DNA from: Myxococcota bacterium
GTDB taxonomy: Bacteria; Myxococcota_A; SURF-8
NCBI GenBank assembly: GCA_963674735.2
Contig: CAXXQS010000002.1
Location: forward strand, 1,280,001 to 1,344,000
Length of the DNA: 64,000 nt
Reading direction: 5' to 3'
Shown here: in pieces, positions 38,095-48,373 of the stretch
Position numbering within the stretch: the stretch's first letter is position 1
How the letters are laid out: each line of letters opens with the position of its first letter
Notes under the pieces: generated by a model
What the model was told of the DNA's origin: nothing
Seen by the model: the letters and a program-made list of their open reading frames with translations, nothing else
Database searches by the model: none
Translations under genes and position numbers: made by a program

Positions 38095-38577
38095 ATGAGT
38101 ATGAGCACAGGCGAGCAGCGCAAAGGGCGGACGACGTTGAGCGAGATCAATGTCACGCCGCTGGTGGACGTGATGCTCGTATTGCTGATCATCTTCATGG
38201 TGACCGCCCCCATGATTCAGCAGGGTGTGGATGTGGATCTGCCCAAAACCGAAACGGTGGAGATCCGCCCCGACGAAGGTAAAAATATCGTTACCCTCAA
38301 CAAGGAGGGCAAGGTTTTTATCGGTGAAACCGAGGTTGCGCTCGAAGAATTGGAAGACAAGGTCCGCTACAACGTCAAAATTCAGAAAGAGCAGGAGATC
38401 TACCTCTATGCCGATCGCCAATTGAAGTATGAGTTGGTGGCGCGGGTGATGGCGATTCTCAAAAAAGCCGGCGTGACGAGCCTCGGCATGGTGACGGATC
38501 CGCTCGACGACATGCTGCCCGCTTCCGACGCTAAAGGCGAGGCGAAGCCCCCGGCCCCCAAAGGGGGGACGAAATGA
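38095..38577 (+). CDS. tolR: TolR
   Basis: SEINVTPLVDVMLVLLIIFMVTAP. Confidence 0.95.
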   Translation: MSMSTGEQRKGRTTLSEINVTPLVDVMLVLLIIFMVTAPMIQQGVDVDLPKTETVEIRPDEGKNIVTLNKEGKVFIGETEVALEELEDKVRYNVKIQKEQEIYLYADRQLKYELVARVMAILKKAGVTSLGMVTDPLDDMLPASDAKGEAKPPAPKGGTK

Positions 38578-39341
38578 CGGCGGCTCAGGTGTCGGATGGT
38601 CGGATGACCTACTTCCTGGCCGACACCCAGAATCGGGTCGTCCCTTTCCTGGTGGTGTCGATTCTGGCTCACATCGCCTTTTTCGGTTTTGCCTGGTGGG
38701 AATCGCGCCGCATCGACGATGAAGGTTTGCTCTACAAAAAAGCAATTATGGTTCAGCCGGTGCGCTGGGCGCCCGAGGTGCGGCCCGAACACTGGATGCC
38801 GCGGCTCGAACCGACTGCACCGGAGGCGGAAGCCAAGGCCGAGCCCTTGAAACTCAAGCCCAATCCCAACACTCCGGTGGAAACGAAAGCGCCCGAGAAA
38901 CCGGAAAAGAGCAGCGCTCAGAAAACGAAAGAACGCGAACGACGCATGGCCAAGGCGCTCGATCGTGTGCGCAATAAATTCAATAGCTGGGATGGCAGCC
39001 CCGACGGCGTGAAGGGGGCACCGTCATCGCGGGCCGTGCAGATTCTGGGGTCGGTTTATGCGGGACAGCTGGCCGAATTGTTCCGAGCCAATTTCAATGT
39101 GCCGCGTGTGATTCCCGAAGATGAACTCAAGCGGTTGACCTGCAAGATTCTGATTAAAATCGACCGCAGCGGCGCTCTCGTGAAACACCAACTGATGGAA
39201 GGTTCGGGCAACGCGCTATTCGATTCGTCGGCCATGCGCGCCGTCAAAATTACGCCGCGTGTGCCGTTGCCCGACGACATGCTGAAAAAGCTCGTGTTCA
39301 GCCAAGGTATTCTCATCAACTTTTCGTGGAAAGAATCATGA
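38574..39341 (+). CDS. tolA: TolA/TonB C-terminal domain protein
   Basis: TM with SILAH, Pro/Glu/Lys linker, SGNALFDSSAMRAV; position between tolR and tolB. Confidence 0.8.
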   Translation: MTAAQVSDGRMTYFLADTQNRVVPFLVVSILAHIAFFGFAWWESRRIDDEGLLYKKAIMVQPVRWAPEVRPEHWMPRLEPTAPEAEAKAEPLKLKPNPNTPVETKAPEKPEKSSAQKTKERERRMAKALDRVRNKFNSWDGSPDGVKGAPSSRAVQILGSVYAGQLAELFRANFNVPRVIPEDELKRLTCKILIKIDRSGALVKHQLMEGSGNALFDSSAMRAVKITPRVPLPDDMLKKLVFSQGILINFSWKES

Positions 39342-40669
39342 TGACGATAAAAGGGTTACGTTTGACGGGATATTTGCTGATTTTTCTTTTATTGCCGACC
39401 ACGGCAATGGCTCAGCTCGTGATCGATGTCGATCCGGCGAACTTCCGCAAATACCCGGTGGCGGTGACACCGCTTAAAAATTTCGGTGAAACGGAAGATA
39501 CCGCCGGGCTGGCGGCCGAAGGGCAAGCCATCCTCATGAACGACCTGGCCATTGCCGGTTTGTTCGAAGTGCTCGATCCGAAGGCGTTTCTCGAAGATCC
39601 CAAAACGTCCGGCATCACCGAAGCCACGGTTAATTTCACGCAGTGGTTGCAGGTGGGGGCCGAGGGGTTGGTCAAGGGCGGTTTCTGGATCATGGGCGAT
39701 CGCATCAAGGTGGATCTGCGTCTGTTCGATGTGGCGCTGGGACGGGAGATGCTCAAGAGCGCCTATGAACGGGACGCCGGCGATTTCCGCCGCATGATGC
39801 ATGCCTTCGCCGACGAAATCGTGGGTTTTTTCACCAAAGAAAAAGGGATCTTCTCCACACGTATCGTTTCGGTGCGACGGGTCAACAAAACCAAGCAGAT
39901 TTATGTCACCGACTTCGACGGCAATGGCGGGACGGTGATGGTGGACAACAACAACATCAATCTGTTGCCCACTTGGTCTCACGACGGAAACCACCTGTTT
40001 TTCACCTCCTACATCAACAACAACCCCGATCTTTACCGCGTGAAGGCCAAGCCCGGCGCGAAAATGATCAAAGTATCGAATTATCGCGGGCTTAACGTCG
40101 GTGCCTCGACGTCCGCCGATGGCCAGCGTCTGGCGCTCACCTTGAGCAAGGACGGGAATTCGGAAATCTATGTCATGAACGTGGACGGCAGTCAGTTGCG
40201 CCGGATCACCCATTCCTGGGGGATCGACAGCTCGCCGAGTTGGGCTCCCGATTCCAAGCGGATCGCTTTCGTTTCCGACCGTTCGGGGACGCCGCAAATC
40301 TATGCGGCCACCGTATCGGGGGATGCCGCCATGCGACTGACATTCCAGGGCAACTACAACCAGTCGCCGGCTTGGTCGCCCCGAGGCGACAAAATCGCCT
40401 TCTGCGGACGTGACGAGCGTTTGGTGTTCGATCTGTTCCTGGTCGATCCCGACACGCGCGAAATCGTTCGTCTGACACAGGATCAGGGCAACAACGAAGA
40501 CCCCGCCTGGTCTCCCGACGGGCGACACATCGTATTCAGTTCCACTCGCACGGGTGAGAGCAAGCTGTTTATCATGAACGCGGACGGCACCAACCAACGG
40601 TTGATTACCAAGCAGCCGGGATCGTTTTCCACGCCCGATTGGTCGCCGAGACTGGAGGTGTTGAAATGA
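39338..40669 (+). CDS. tolB: TolB beta-propeller
   Basis: Repeated PxWSPDG (PD40) motifs; HAFADEI. Confidence 0.95.
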   Translation: MMTIKGLRLTGYLLIFLLLPTTAMAQLVIDVDPANFRKYPVAVTPLKNFGETEDTAGLAAEGQAILMNDLAIAGLFEVLDPKAFLEDPKTSGITEATVNFTQWLQVGAEGLVKGGFWIMGDRIKVDLRLFDVALGREMLKSAYERDAGDFRRMMHAFADEIVGFFTKEKGIFSTRIVSVRRVNKTKQIYVTDFDGNGGTVMVDNNNINLLPTWSHDGNHLFFTSYINNNPDLYRVKAKPGAKMIKVSNYRGLNVGASTSADGQRLALTLSKDGNSEIYVMNVDGSQLRRITHSWGIDSSPSWAPDSKRIAFVSDRSGTPQIYAATVSGDAAMRLTFQGNYNQSPAWSPRGDKIAFCGRDERLVFDLFLVDPDTREIVRLTQDQGNNEDPAWSPDGRHIVFSSTRTGESKLFIMNADGTNQRLITKQPGSFSTPDWSPRLEVLK

Positions 40670-41397
40670 CACGGATATCCGCCCGCCACCTGATGGTTTT
40701 GCTGATGCTGGTTTCGCTGGTTGTCTGGTTCGTGGGCTGTGCCAGCAAGCCCCCCAAGGAGGAACGCGCGGCCGCCGAGCAGGCCTTCAAAACGGCACAG
40801 GTCGCCGAAAAATGCGCCGCCCTCACCTATACCGCTGCCGAAAACGCCCTGCTGAAGGCGCGTCGACTGACGACCGAGAAAAAATACGACGAAGCGCGCC
40901 ATTATTTCGTGGTGGCCAAGGAGCTGGCCGAAAAGGCCCGGCGTGAAGCCGCCGCCAACGAAGAATGCATGAATCCGAAGCCCGTCTCGGCCGGTGCTCC
41001 GGCTGAGTCGACGGAATCGGAGGATGAGCCGGTATTGACGGGGACCAACAACCCGGATTTCGAATTGAAGCCGATCTTTTTCCCCTTCAATTCCGATGAG
41101 ATCACCGAGGAAGCCAAAGCAACGTTGGCGGACATCTCCGCCTGGATGAATCGTTTTCCGGATGTCAGTGTTGCCGTTGAAGGGCATTGCGACGATCGGG
41201 GCAGTACCGAATACAACCTTGCTCTAGGTGAGCGCCGCGCCAATGCCGTGCGTAAAGTCCTGATTCTGCTCAATGTCAATCCCGACAAATTGGATATCGT
41301 ATCCTACGGGGAAGAACGGCCGCTCGTTGACGCCGAAAACGAGGAAGCCTGGAGCCGAAATCGGCGAGCCGAATTTAAAAAACGCTGGAATCGTTAG
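40666..41397 (+). CDS. pal: Peptidoglycan-associated lipoprotein with extra N-terminal helical (DUF4398-like) domain
   Basis: Lipobox FVGC; EGHCDDRGSTEYNLALGERRA, SYGEERP, NRRAEF. Confidence 0.9.
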   Translation: MTRISARHLMVLLMLVSLVVWFVGCASKPPKEERAAAEQAFKTAQVAEKCAALTYTAAENALLKARRLTTEKKYDEARHYFVVAKELAEKARREAAANEECMNPKPVSAGAPAESTESEDEPVLTGTNNPDFELKPIFFPFNSDEITEEAKATLADISAWMNRFPDVSVAVEGHCDDRGSTEYNLALGERRANAVRKVLILLNVNPDKLDIVSYGEERPLVDAENEEAWSRNRRAEFKKRWNR

Positions 41398-41576
41398 AAA
41401 CGATCCGTTTTTTTCAAATCTCGTTGCCACCAGCACCTGTGGTTTGTTAGTATAGCGCACCAAATCGTCTTCGTATCAGCATCAACGGCGAGCTCTTTTG
41501 CGTCGCCGAAACCGAATATTTCCGAATGGCAAAGTCGCTTGGCCAGCGAACGAGCGACGGTGGAAAGGAAGAGTTT

Positions 41577-43643
41577 ATGATGGATCAGTTGGTTATGGGA
41601 AAAATAAGTACGTGGCTGTTTTTTGCAACGCTGATTGTGGGGCTGGGTATTTTTCTCTACGTTTTCTATTACCGACTTCAGATCCTCGCTCTTGGCCGGG
41701 CCGATAATCGTTTCGACCAGCTTCCCCGACGTATCGGTTTCGCCATCAAAAATGCTTTTTTGCAGTACCGCATGCCGCAGGAGCTGTCGGCGGGTATCTT
41801 GCATATCATGATCTTCGCCGGTTTCATGACCTTGTCCCTGCGGACGCTCATCATCTTCGGACAGGGGTTCGGCGGCGCGGAATTTTCGTTGTACGCGCTC
41901 CCGGTGGTGGGGTATTACCTCGGTCCGCTGTATGCCATCGCCAAGGAACTGGTGGTGATCGGAGTGCTGATCGGTTGTGTGGGTTTCGCCTGGCGGCGAT
42001 TGATTTCCAAACCGGTGCGTATGCAGGACATTCCCCAGGCGGAACCGGTGGTCATCCTCTGCTGGATCGGTGGATTGATGGTGGCCGATATTCTGCTCGA
42101 AGCGGGCTTGCATGGGGCGGGTTTCCATGAAAACGGCTTCATGACGGTTCCCTCTCTGGGTTGGATTTTCGCTCCTTTGTTCAACGCCCAGTCGGGGCCG
42201 GTTATGTGGGAAGTGGCGGTGTGGGTGCATTCCGTCATGATCCTGATCTTTCTCAACTATTTACCTTTCGGTAAGCATTTTCATATCATTACAGCCATTC
42301 CCAACGTGTTTTTCGCCCGTCTGGATGAACGCGGGCGTTTACGTCCGATCGAGGATCTTGAAGGCAAGTTCGAAGAGATGGAGACCAACGAGGACGTGGC
42401 TATCGGCGTCAAGAATGTCGAACAGTACACCTGGAAGGAAATCCTCGACCTCTACACCTGTACGGAGTGCGGCCGCTGCATGCCCCAGTGTCCCGCGTGG
42501 TCGACCGACAAACCGCTGTCGCTCAAGCGTGTCAACAAGGAATCCAAGCATCATCTTTATGAGCGGGTGCCGTACCTGTTGGGCAAAAAGGCGGGTCCGG
42601 ACGGCAAAGCCACCGAATACGAAGGACCGATTACGGCCGGTGGTGCGATTTCAGCCGAGACGATCTGGGCCTGTACGCTTTGTGGCGATTGCGAAGAGCG
42701 CTGTCCGGTGTTCATCGAGCAGGTTCCGCGCATTGTCGAAATGCGTCGCCACCTGGTGATGATGGAAGGCGATATGCCGCAGGAGCTGAACAACACCTTC
42801 CGTGGTTTCGAGCGTAATTCCAACCCCTGGGGATTGGGTTACGATAAACGCGGCGACTGGATCACCGAAGATCTGGGAATCAAAACCCTGGCCGAAGATG
42901 CGGATGTGGAATACCTGTTCTATGTCGGTTGCATGGGCAGCTTCGACGACCGCTCCACGCGCGTTACCAAGGCGCTGTGCAAAATCCTGAATGCGGCGGG
43001 AGTGAGCTTCGGCGTTTTGGGGATGGAAGAACAGTGTTGCGGCGAGACCGCCCGGCGACTGGGTAACGAATTTCTGGGCCAGATGATGGTGCAGGCCAAC
43101 GTCGAGGTGCTCAAGGGTTACAACGTCAAGAAAGTCATCGCGTTTTGCCCGCACTGCTTCAATACCCTCAAAAACGAATACAAAGACTTCGACATGGAAT
43201 TCGATGAAGTCTGGCATGCGTCCGAATTTGTGTTGAATCTGCTCAAGGACGGTCGCATCAAGGTGACGCCGGAAGGCTTGGGCGAAGTGGGTTACCACGA
43301 TTCCTGTTTCCTCGGCCGTTACAACCAGATTTACGCGCAGCCCCGTGAATTGCTCGAAGCGGCGGGCGCGACGGTTCGCAATCCGTCTTTATCGCATGCG
43401 CAGTCCTATTGCTGCGGCGCGGGTGGCGGGCGTATGTGGATGGAAGAGGAAAAACCGCGTGTCAACGACAAACGGTTTGCGGAACTGTATGAAACCACCG
43501 GCGAACCCGGCCTGCTGGGCGTGTCGTGTCCCTATTGTCTGACGATGATCACCGATGGCAGCAAGAATGCCGACAAAGAGGAAGACGTCAAAGTCAAGGA
43601 CGTCATCGAGTTGATTGCGGATCATCTGGCAGTGGAAGCGTAA
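41577..43643 (+). CDS. Membrane-bound Fe-S oxidoreductase (HdrD/FadF-like; TM domain, two 4Fe-4S motifs, CCG domains)
   Basis: N-terminal TM helices, YLPFGKHFH, CTECGRC..CP, CTLCGDC..CP, CCGE, CPHC, YHDSCFLGR, CCGAGGG, CPYC. Confidence 0.9.
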   Translation: MMDQLVMGKISTWLFFATLIVGLGIFLYVFYYRLQILALGRADNRFDQLPRRIGFAIKNAFLQYRMPQELSAGILHIMIFAGFMTLSLRTLIIFGQGFGGAEFSLYALPVVGYYLGPLYAIAKELVVIGVLIGCVGFAWRRLISKPVRMQDIPQAEPVVILCWIGGLMVADILLEAGLHGAGFHENGFMTVPSLGWIFAPLFNAQSGPVMWEVAVWVHSVMILIFLNYLPFGKHFHIITAIPNVFFARLDERGRLRPIEDLEGKFEEMETNEDVAIGVKNVEQYTWKEILDLYTCTECGRCMPQCPAWSTDKPLSLKRVNKESKHHLYERVPYLLGKKAGPDGKATEYEGPITAGGAISAETIWACTLCGDCEERCPVFIEQVPRIVEMRRHLVMMEGDMPQELNNTFRGFERNSNPWGLGYDKRGDWITEDLGIKTLAEDADVEYLFYVGCMGSFDDRSTRVTKALCKILNAAGVSFGVLGMEEQCCGETARRLGNEFLGQMMVQANVEVLKGYNVKKVIAFCPHCFNTLKNEYKDFDMEFDEVWHASEFVLNLLKDGRIKVTPEGLGEVGYHDSCFLGRYNQIYAQPRELLEAAGATVRNPSLSHAQSYCCGAGGGRMWMEEEKPRVNDKRFAELYETTGEPGLLGVSCPYCLTMITDGSKNADKEEDVKVKDVIELIADHLAVEA

Positions 43644-43847
43644 TTAGCGATCGGATTCCGATTCGGCGCTCGGTGTCGATTTCCGGGACATCGAGCAGAA
43701 GAATTGTATTTTATCCTCGAATCCGGCTGAAAGTCAGGCTGCGACCCGTCAATCGTATTTCAGGTTGGGTGATGCTTGACATCCTGGCCGGTTCGGAGTA
43801 TGCATGGGGTCTTTTTCTTAGCGATCCTGTGACCAAGGAGGTTAGTC

Positions 43848-44117
43848 GTGGCCACCCAGAAAGAAATCGACATCAAGCTCTTTGACGTACGGGCCGTCGA
43901 CCGTAATATCGACAAGGGCCACCTGAGCGCAGAAGATCTGCAAAAACACCTCGATGCGTTGCCCGATGCTGCCGATAAGGCAGCGGAAATGGACGTCGAT
44001 CAGTACGATGAGATCGCCGAGCGCGAAGAGAGACGTCGTCAGCGAGAAGAAACCGAACCCAAAGCGACCGGCCTGAAAAAGACCGTGGAGGAGGATGACG
44101 CCGACGAGAAGGAATAG
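43848..44117 (+). CDS. Small acidic hypothetical protein
   Basis: Strong RBS AAGGAGG, GTG start; LFDVRAVDRNIDKG..HLDALPD; candidate promoter TTGACA-17-TATGCA at 43776-43804. Confidence 0.8.
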   Translation: MATQKEIDIKLFDVRAVDRNIDKGHLSAEDLQKHLDALPDAADKAAEMDVDQYDEIAEREERRRQREETEPKATGLKKTVEEDDADEKE

Positions 44118-44157
44118 GCCCGCCTGTTTGCGGTTTGTCGTCGATTCTGGCTGGCGG

Positions 44158-45915
44158 ATGCTGTGGCTGATCGTCTTGTCTTTGTCGACCGTCCTGGGGT
44201 GTGCTCACCGGCCGCTTGATCTTTCCGCACCCGAGGTTCCAAACCGCCTGATCCAAAACCAACCGAAACCGATGCCCGAGACGCCCGCTGCGGCGGCCTA
44301 CGGGCATTTTTTACGCGCCCAGAAATTGGAGCAGGAGCAACGCTATGGCGAAGCGGTCGAGCAACTGCGCCTGGCTTTGGCTTTCGATCCCCAATCCGCC
44401 GATCTGCACTATCACCTGGGTCGTCTTCTGTTAGGAGAACGGCAAACCGGTGAAGGGGTGAAGGAACTGACCGAGGCTTCCCGCCTGAACCCGGACTGGT
44501 ACAAACCCTCGGTGTTGTTGGGTGAAGTCGCTTTTTTCTCGAATCGTCTCGATGACGCCGTTCGCTTATTCGAACGGGTTTTGGCCCTCAAGCCCGACCA
44601 CGAAGGAGCTCTGCGACGGCTTGGAGAAATCGCGTATCTGACGCGGGGACTTGTCGGACAAAAAGCGTTTTTCGAGACGATGGCGGTTCGCTATCCCAGG
44701 CAGGTTTATATTTTCGAAGCCTTGGCGCGCATCTACCAATTTACCCAGGATTATCCGCAGCTTGAAGCCGCGCTGGAGCGTGTGTTGGAGTTGGACCCCG
44801 ACAACACGCAGGCTATCGAACGCTTGTCCGACTGGTACAACCGTACCCGACGTTATAAGGACGCTATCGCGCTGTTTACGCGGCTCAAGATGTTGCTGCC
44901 GCCCAATCCGCTGATCCCTTTGAAACTGGGACGGTTTTACCTGCATGCCGGAAATATGGAAGAGGCGCGCAACGCTTTCGCAGAAGCCACCGCCTTTGAT
45001 TTGAACAACGACAACATGGCGATGGCGGCCGCTTTGGCATTCTTTGAGGCGGGAAAACTGCCGGAGGCGGAGACGGAACTACAGAGAATCGTCGATCATA
45101 GCGGGGATGGGGCGGCTCGCTATTTTCTCGGTTTGGTGCGTATGGATCGGAAGCGCTACTGGGCCGCGATCAAGACCTTTGGAGAGATTCCACGTTGCGA
45201 GGAGCGGTATTATCTGTCCGCCCAGGTAGAAGTTGCGCGTTGTTACTGGCATCTCAAACGAAAATCCAAGGCGGATCGGCGGGTTCGCCGTTTGATGGAA
45301 GAACATGCCGACAAACCTGATTTCGTCCGCACCGCCGCCGCTTTTTTTCAGGAAACCGAACGCGCCGATGAAGCGGTTGCCGTGCTTGATGTCGGACTGG
45401 AAAAATCGCCCAATCACACCGACTTGCTTTACACCCGAGGACTGGTTTTGGAAGCGATGGGGCGTAAGACGGAAGCCCGGCGCACGATGCGTTTGCTTTT
45501 GGATGTCGACAAGGACCATGCCGATGCACTTAACTTCATCGGCTATTCGCTGGTCGAAGAAGGCATCGAGCTTCAACGCGCCGAGCAAATGATTCGCGCG
45601 GCAATGCGTCTCAAGCCCGAAGAGGGCTATATTCTCGATAGCTTGGGCTGGTTGTACTATCGGCGAGGCGAATTTGACGAAGCGGTGCGTTGGCTTTCGC
45701 TGGCAACCATGATCGAGCCGCAGGAACCCGAGATTCTTTTGCATCTCGCCTTGGCGTTGAAGCAGACGAAGAACACGGAGCGTCTCCAGGTCATCTTGCG
45801 CCAAGCGGCCGGGTTGGCTCTGTTTCCGACCGAATTGACCGACCGTTACACGGCTGCTTTTCCCGAGCTCTGGCCGCCCCTGCGCCGCAAATGGGCTCCC
45901 AAGGAAAAACCATGA
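44158..45915 (+). CDS. TPR-repeat lipoprotein
   Basis: Lipobox VLGC; many TPR units; ALNFIGYSL, YILDSLGWLYY. Confidence 0.88.
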   Translation: MLWLIVLSLSTVLGCAHRPLDLSAPEVPNRLIQNQPKPMPETPAAAAYGHFLRAQKLEQEQRYGEAVEQLRLALAFDPQSADLHYHLGRLLLGERQTGEGVKELTEASRLNPDWYKPSVLLGEVAFFSNRLDDAVRLFERVLALKPDHEGALRRLGEIAYLTRGLVGQKAFFETMAVRYPRQVYIFEALARIYQFTQDYPQLEAALERVLELDPDNTQAIERLSDWYNRTRRYKDAIALFTRLKMLLPPNPLIPLKLGRFYLHAGNMEEARNAFAEATAFDLNNDNMAMAAALAFFEAGKLPEAETELQRIVDHSGDGAARYFLGLVRMDRKRYWAAIKTFGEIPRCEERYYLSAQVEVARCYWHLKRKSKADRRVRRLMEEHADKPDFVRTAAAFFQETERADEAVAVLDVGLEKSPNHTDLLYTRGLVLEAMGRKTEARRTMRLLLDVDKDHADALNFIGYSLVEEGIELQRAEQMIRAAMRLKPEEGYILDSLGWLYYRRGEFDEAVRWLSLATMIEPQEPEILLHLALALKQTKNTERLQVILRQAAGLALFPTELTDRYTAAFPELWPPLRRKWAPKEKP

Positions 45916-46724
45916 ACGGCAATCGAACCCGACTGATGATTCTGGTGATCGTTTTAGGGCTTGTCGGTTGTCGAGCCACCGCCCCCGATCCGGCTGTTTC
46001 CCCTGCCGATGTGGCGGGCTGGTTGCAAAACATGGACAGCCTGGAGGCGGTCGTTCAGGCGGTGGAGGCCGAAGGCACCATGGAGATGACCACCCGCGAT
46101 GGACGTCACGAGCGGGTGCATGCCTACTGGGCGGTCGCGCGGCCCGACCGGGCGCTGTTCGAACTGACCGGGGGTCCGGTGGGATTGGTTGGAGCGGCCG
46201 CCCTCGATGGGCGACGGATGGTGGTTCTGGATATGACCAACAAGGTGGTTCGTGTGGGTAAGCCGACGCGTCGCACGGTCGAGGCGTTTGCCCATATCGA
46301 CATCGAACCCGCCGATCTGGTCGCCACTCTGTTGGGCATGCCGCGCCGTTTGCCCGAACCCGTGGGGCATCCTACATACGATTCCAACTTGCGGCGGTGG
46401 CGCATCGCTCGCCGCGATACGGAGAAGCAATTGTTGCAGGTGCTCTGGTTCGAGTCCGACGGCCGTCTGTACCGTCAGCGGCTGATCGATAAAAAGAACG
46501 ACGATCAACTGGAGGTCACTTTTCTCGGGTGGACGCAACAGGGGCCGGAAAAGCGCCCCTATCCGGGCTTTATCAAGCTAGTTCACCAGCGCACCGGCGC
46601 AAAATTGACTTTGAAGGTGAGCGGCTCGCCGCGCTTCAATCCCTCGTTGGCAGATGATTTCTTCTCGCTTTCCATCCCCGAATCGTTCCAGCGGATCGAT
46701 CTGCCGGATGCGCCTGCTGAGTAA
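45912..46724 (+). CDS. LolB/DUF4292-like lipoprotein
   Basis: Lipobox LVGC; beta-rich LolA/LolB-like pattern ending FNPSLADDFFSLSIP; ATGA-coupled to the TPR gene as in TPR-lolB loci. Confidence 0.6.
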   Translation: MNGNRTRLMILVIVLGLVGCRATAPDPAVSPADVAGWLQNMDSLEAVVQAVEAEGTMEMTTRDGRHERVHAYWAVARPDRALFELTGGPVGLVGAAALDGRRMVVLDMTNKVVRVGKPTRRTVEAFAHIDIEPADLVATLLGMPRRLPEPVGHPTYDSNLRRWRIARRDTEKQLLQVLWFESDGRLYRQRLIDKKNDDQLEVTFLGWTQQGPEKRPYPGFIKLVHQRTGAKLTLKVSGSPRFNPSLADDFFSLSIPESFQRIDLPDAPAE

Positions 46725-46809
46725 ATTGGGTGAGCCTCGGAATTAAGGTTTAATTACATCGCTAATATCAGTTAGTTATATTCTGTTTTGGCGAGGCAAG
46801 GTTTTTTTC

Positions 46810-46882
46810 TTGACAAATATATGAACGTGTTCATAATTGAACCGAGTCAAAGATGAATGCGTTCACATGTGAGCGTGCTCAT
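46810..46882 (+). promoter_or_regulatory. Sigma70 promoter with three palindromic operator boxes (probable TetR sites)
   Basis: TTGACA-16bp-CATAAT; ATGAACGTGTTCAT (46821-46834), ATGAATGCGTTCAC (46853-46866), GTGAGCGTGCTCAT (46869-46882). Confidence 0.75.
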
Positions 46883-46908
46883 TTGTCATGCTATACACGC
46901 TGAGGTAA

Positions 46909-47520
46909 ATGATGTCGCCGGTACGTGAGCAGAAAAAGGAAAAAACCCGTCAGCGTTTGATTCGGGCGGCCTGGGAGTTATTTTGTACGCAAGGGGTTGC
47001 GGAAACCACCGTGGCCCAGATTACCGAGCGAGCCATGGTCGGGACGGGTACGTTTTATAACTATTTCAAAACCAAGGTGCATGCCCTGTCGGCGCATCTG
47101 GACGAACGCATCCGGCAGGCGATCGGCAACTACCATGCCCATCCGCAGCCGGAAGACCCCATCGACGCCATCGAAGACGTTTTCCGCCATGTTTTCGAGG
47201 TGGTCGAGGCGGAGAAACGTCTGTTGCGTGAGGCCATGGCCTACTTTTTCAAGCGTGACCAGTCGTTCGACGAAGAATTCGAGAAAGCCGATCTGCTGAT
47301 CATGCGTTTGATCGCCGACGTGATCGAAAACGCCCAAGCGCAGAATCGCATGAATCCCGATATGGACCCCATGGTGGCGGCCATGACCGTCTATTCCGTT
47401 TACATGTTTGGTTGGATGGCCTATTTGATGGATTACTATCCGGATGTGGAGACGACCCTGGCGGCCAATCGCGGCTTGTTGATGACCTTGTATCATGGAT
47501 TGAAAGGAGGCGTTCAATGA
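46909..47520 (+). CDS. TetR/AcrR family regulator
   Basis: REQKKEKTRQRLIRAAWELF..TTVAQITERAMVGTGTFYNYFKTK helix-turn-helix. Confidence 0.95.
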   Translation: MMSPVREQKKEKTRQRLIRAAWELFCTQGVAETTVAQITERAMVGTGTFYNYFKTKVHALSAHLDERIRQAIGNYHAHPQPEDPIDAIEDVFRHVFEVVEAEKRLLREAMAYFFKRDQSFDEEFEKADLLIMRLIADVIENAQAQNRMNPDMDPMVAAMTVYSVYMFGWMAYLMDYYPDVETTLAANRGLLMTLYHGLKGGVQ

Positions 47521-48362
47521 TCGGTGAACGGAAACAGCTTATCTTTTCGGTCATGTTATGTCTGTTAATGTGGGGGGCGATGGGAGTATTCTCGGCTTCT
47601 TCCGTTCAGGCGCAATCGGCGGCAAGTGAAGCGACCAAGCCGGCTGCGGTCAAGGCCGATGACTCGTCGGCTCAACCGCCGTTGGATGTTCAGGACATTC
47701 TCGACAAAGTGGATGACCTGTGGCGCGGTCAATCGTCGAAAAGCATCGTGACCATGCAGGTGAAAACGCGCCATTGGGAGCGCAGCCTGACGATGGAAGT
47801 GGTTACCCAGGGAACCGAACGAACCCTGGTGAAGGTGCTGAAACCGTTGAAGGAAAAAGGCACTGCCACGCTCAAGGTCGACAAGGATATTTACAATTAT
47901 CTGCCCAAAACCGATCGCACCATCAAACTGACGGCCGCGATGATGATGGGGGCTTGGATGGGATCGCATTTCACCAACGACGACTTGGTGAAAGAGTCGC
48001 GTATGAGCGAAGACTACGATGCCAAGCTGGGCTTTTTCGGTGAGCGTGCCGGTCAGCGGGTGGTGGAAATCGTGCTGACGCCCAAGCCGGAGGCGGCGGT
48101 TGTGTGGGGGAAGGTCGTGTTGGTCGTGCGCAACGAAAGCTGGCTGCCCGTTTCACAAACGTATTTCGATGAAGAGGGTGAAAAGGTGCGTGTGATGACC
48201 TTTTCCGACGAAAAAACCGTGTCAGGTCGTCTGTTGCCCATGCGCATGCGCATGACACCGCTTGACAAACCCGAAGAGTTTACCGAATTGATCTACGAAA
48301 ACCTGTCCTTCGATGTGAAGCTCAAGGCCGGGTTCTTTTCGCTGAATCAATTACGGCGCTGA
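47517..48362 (+). CDS. Outer-membrane lipoprotein-sorting (LolA-like) protein
   Basis: Signal peptide; PLKEKGTATLK, YNYLP, WMGSHFTNDDL, FFSLNQL. Confidence 0.85.
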   Translation: MIGERKQLIFSVMLCLLMWGAMGVFSASSVQAQSAASEATKPAAVKADDSSAQPPLDVQDILDKVDDLWRGQSSKSIVTMQVKTRHWERSLTMEVVTQGTERTLVKVLKPLKEKGTATLKVDKDIYNYLPKTDRTIKLTAAMMMGAWMGSHFTNDDLVKESRMSEDYDAKLGFFGERAGQRVVEIVLTPKPEAAVVWGKVVLVVRNESWLPVSQTYFDEEGEKVRVMTFSDEKTVSGRLLPMRMRMTPLDKPEEFTELIYENLSFDVKLKAGFFSLNQLRR

Positions 48363-48373
48363 AGGAGCCTGCC

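Noticed and set aside
41480-41560. c-di-GMP-I riboswitch-like GACGCAAAA
   Set aside because: On the strand opposite the downstream gene and missing the GGCAAAC..GAAA stem
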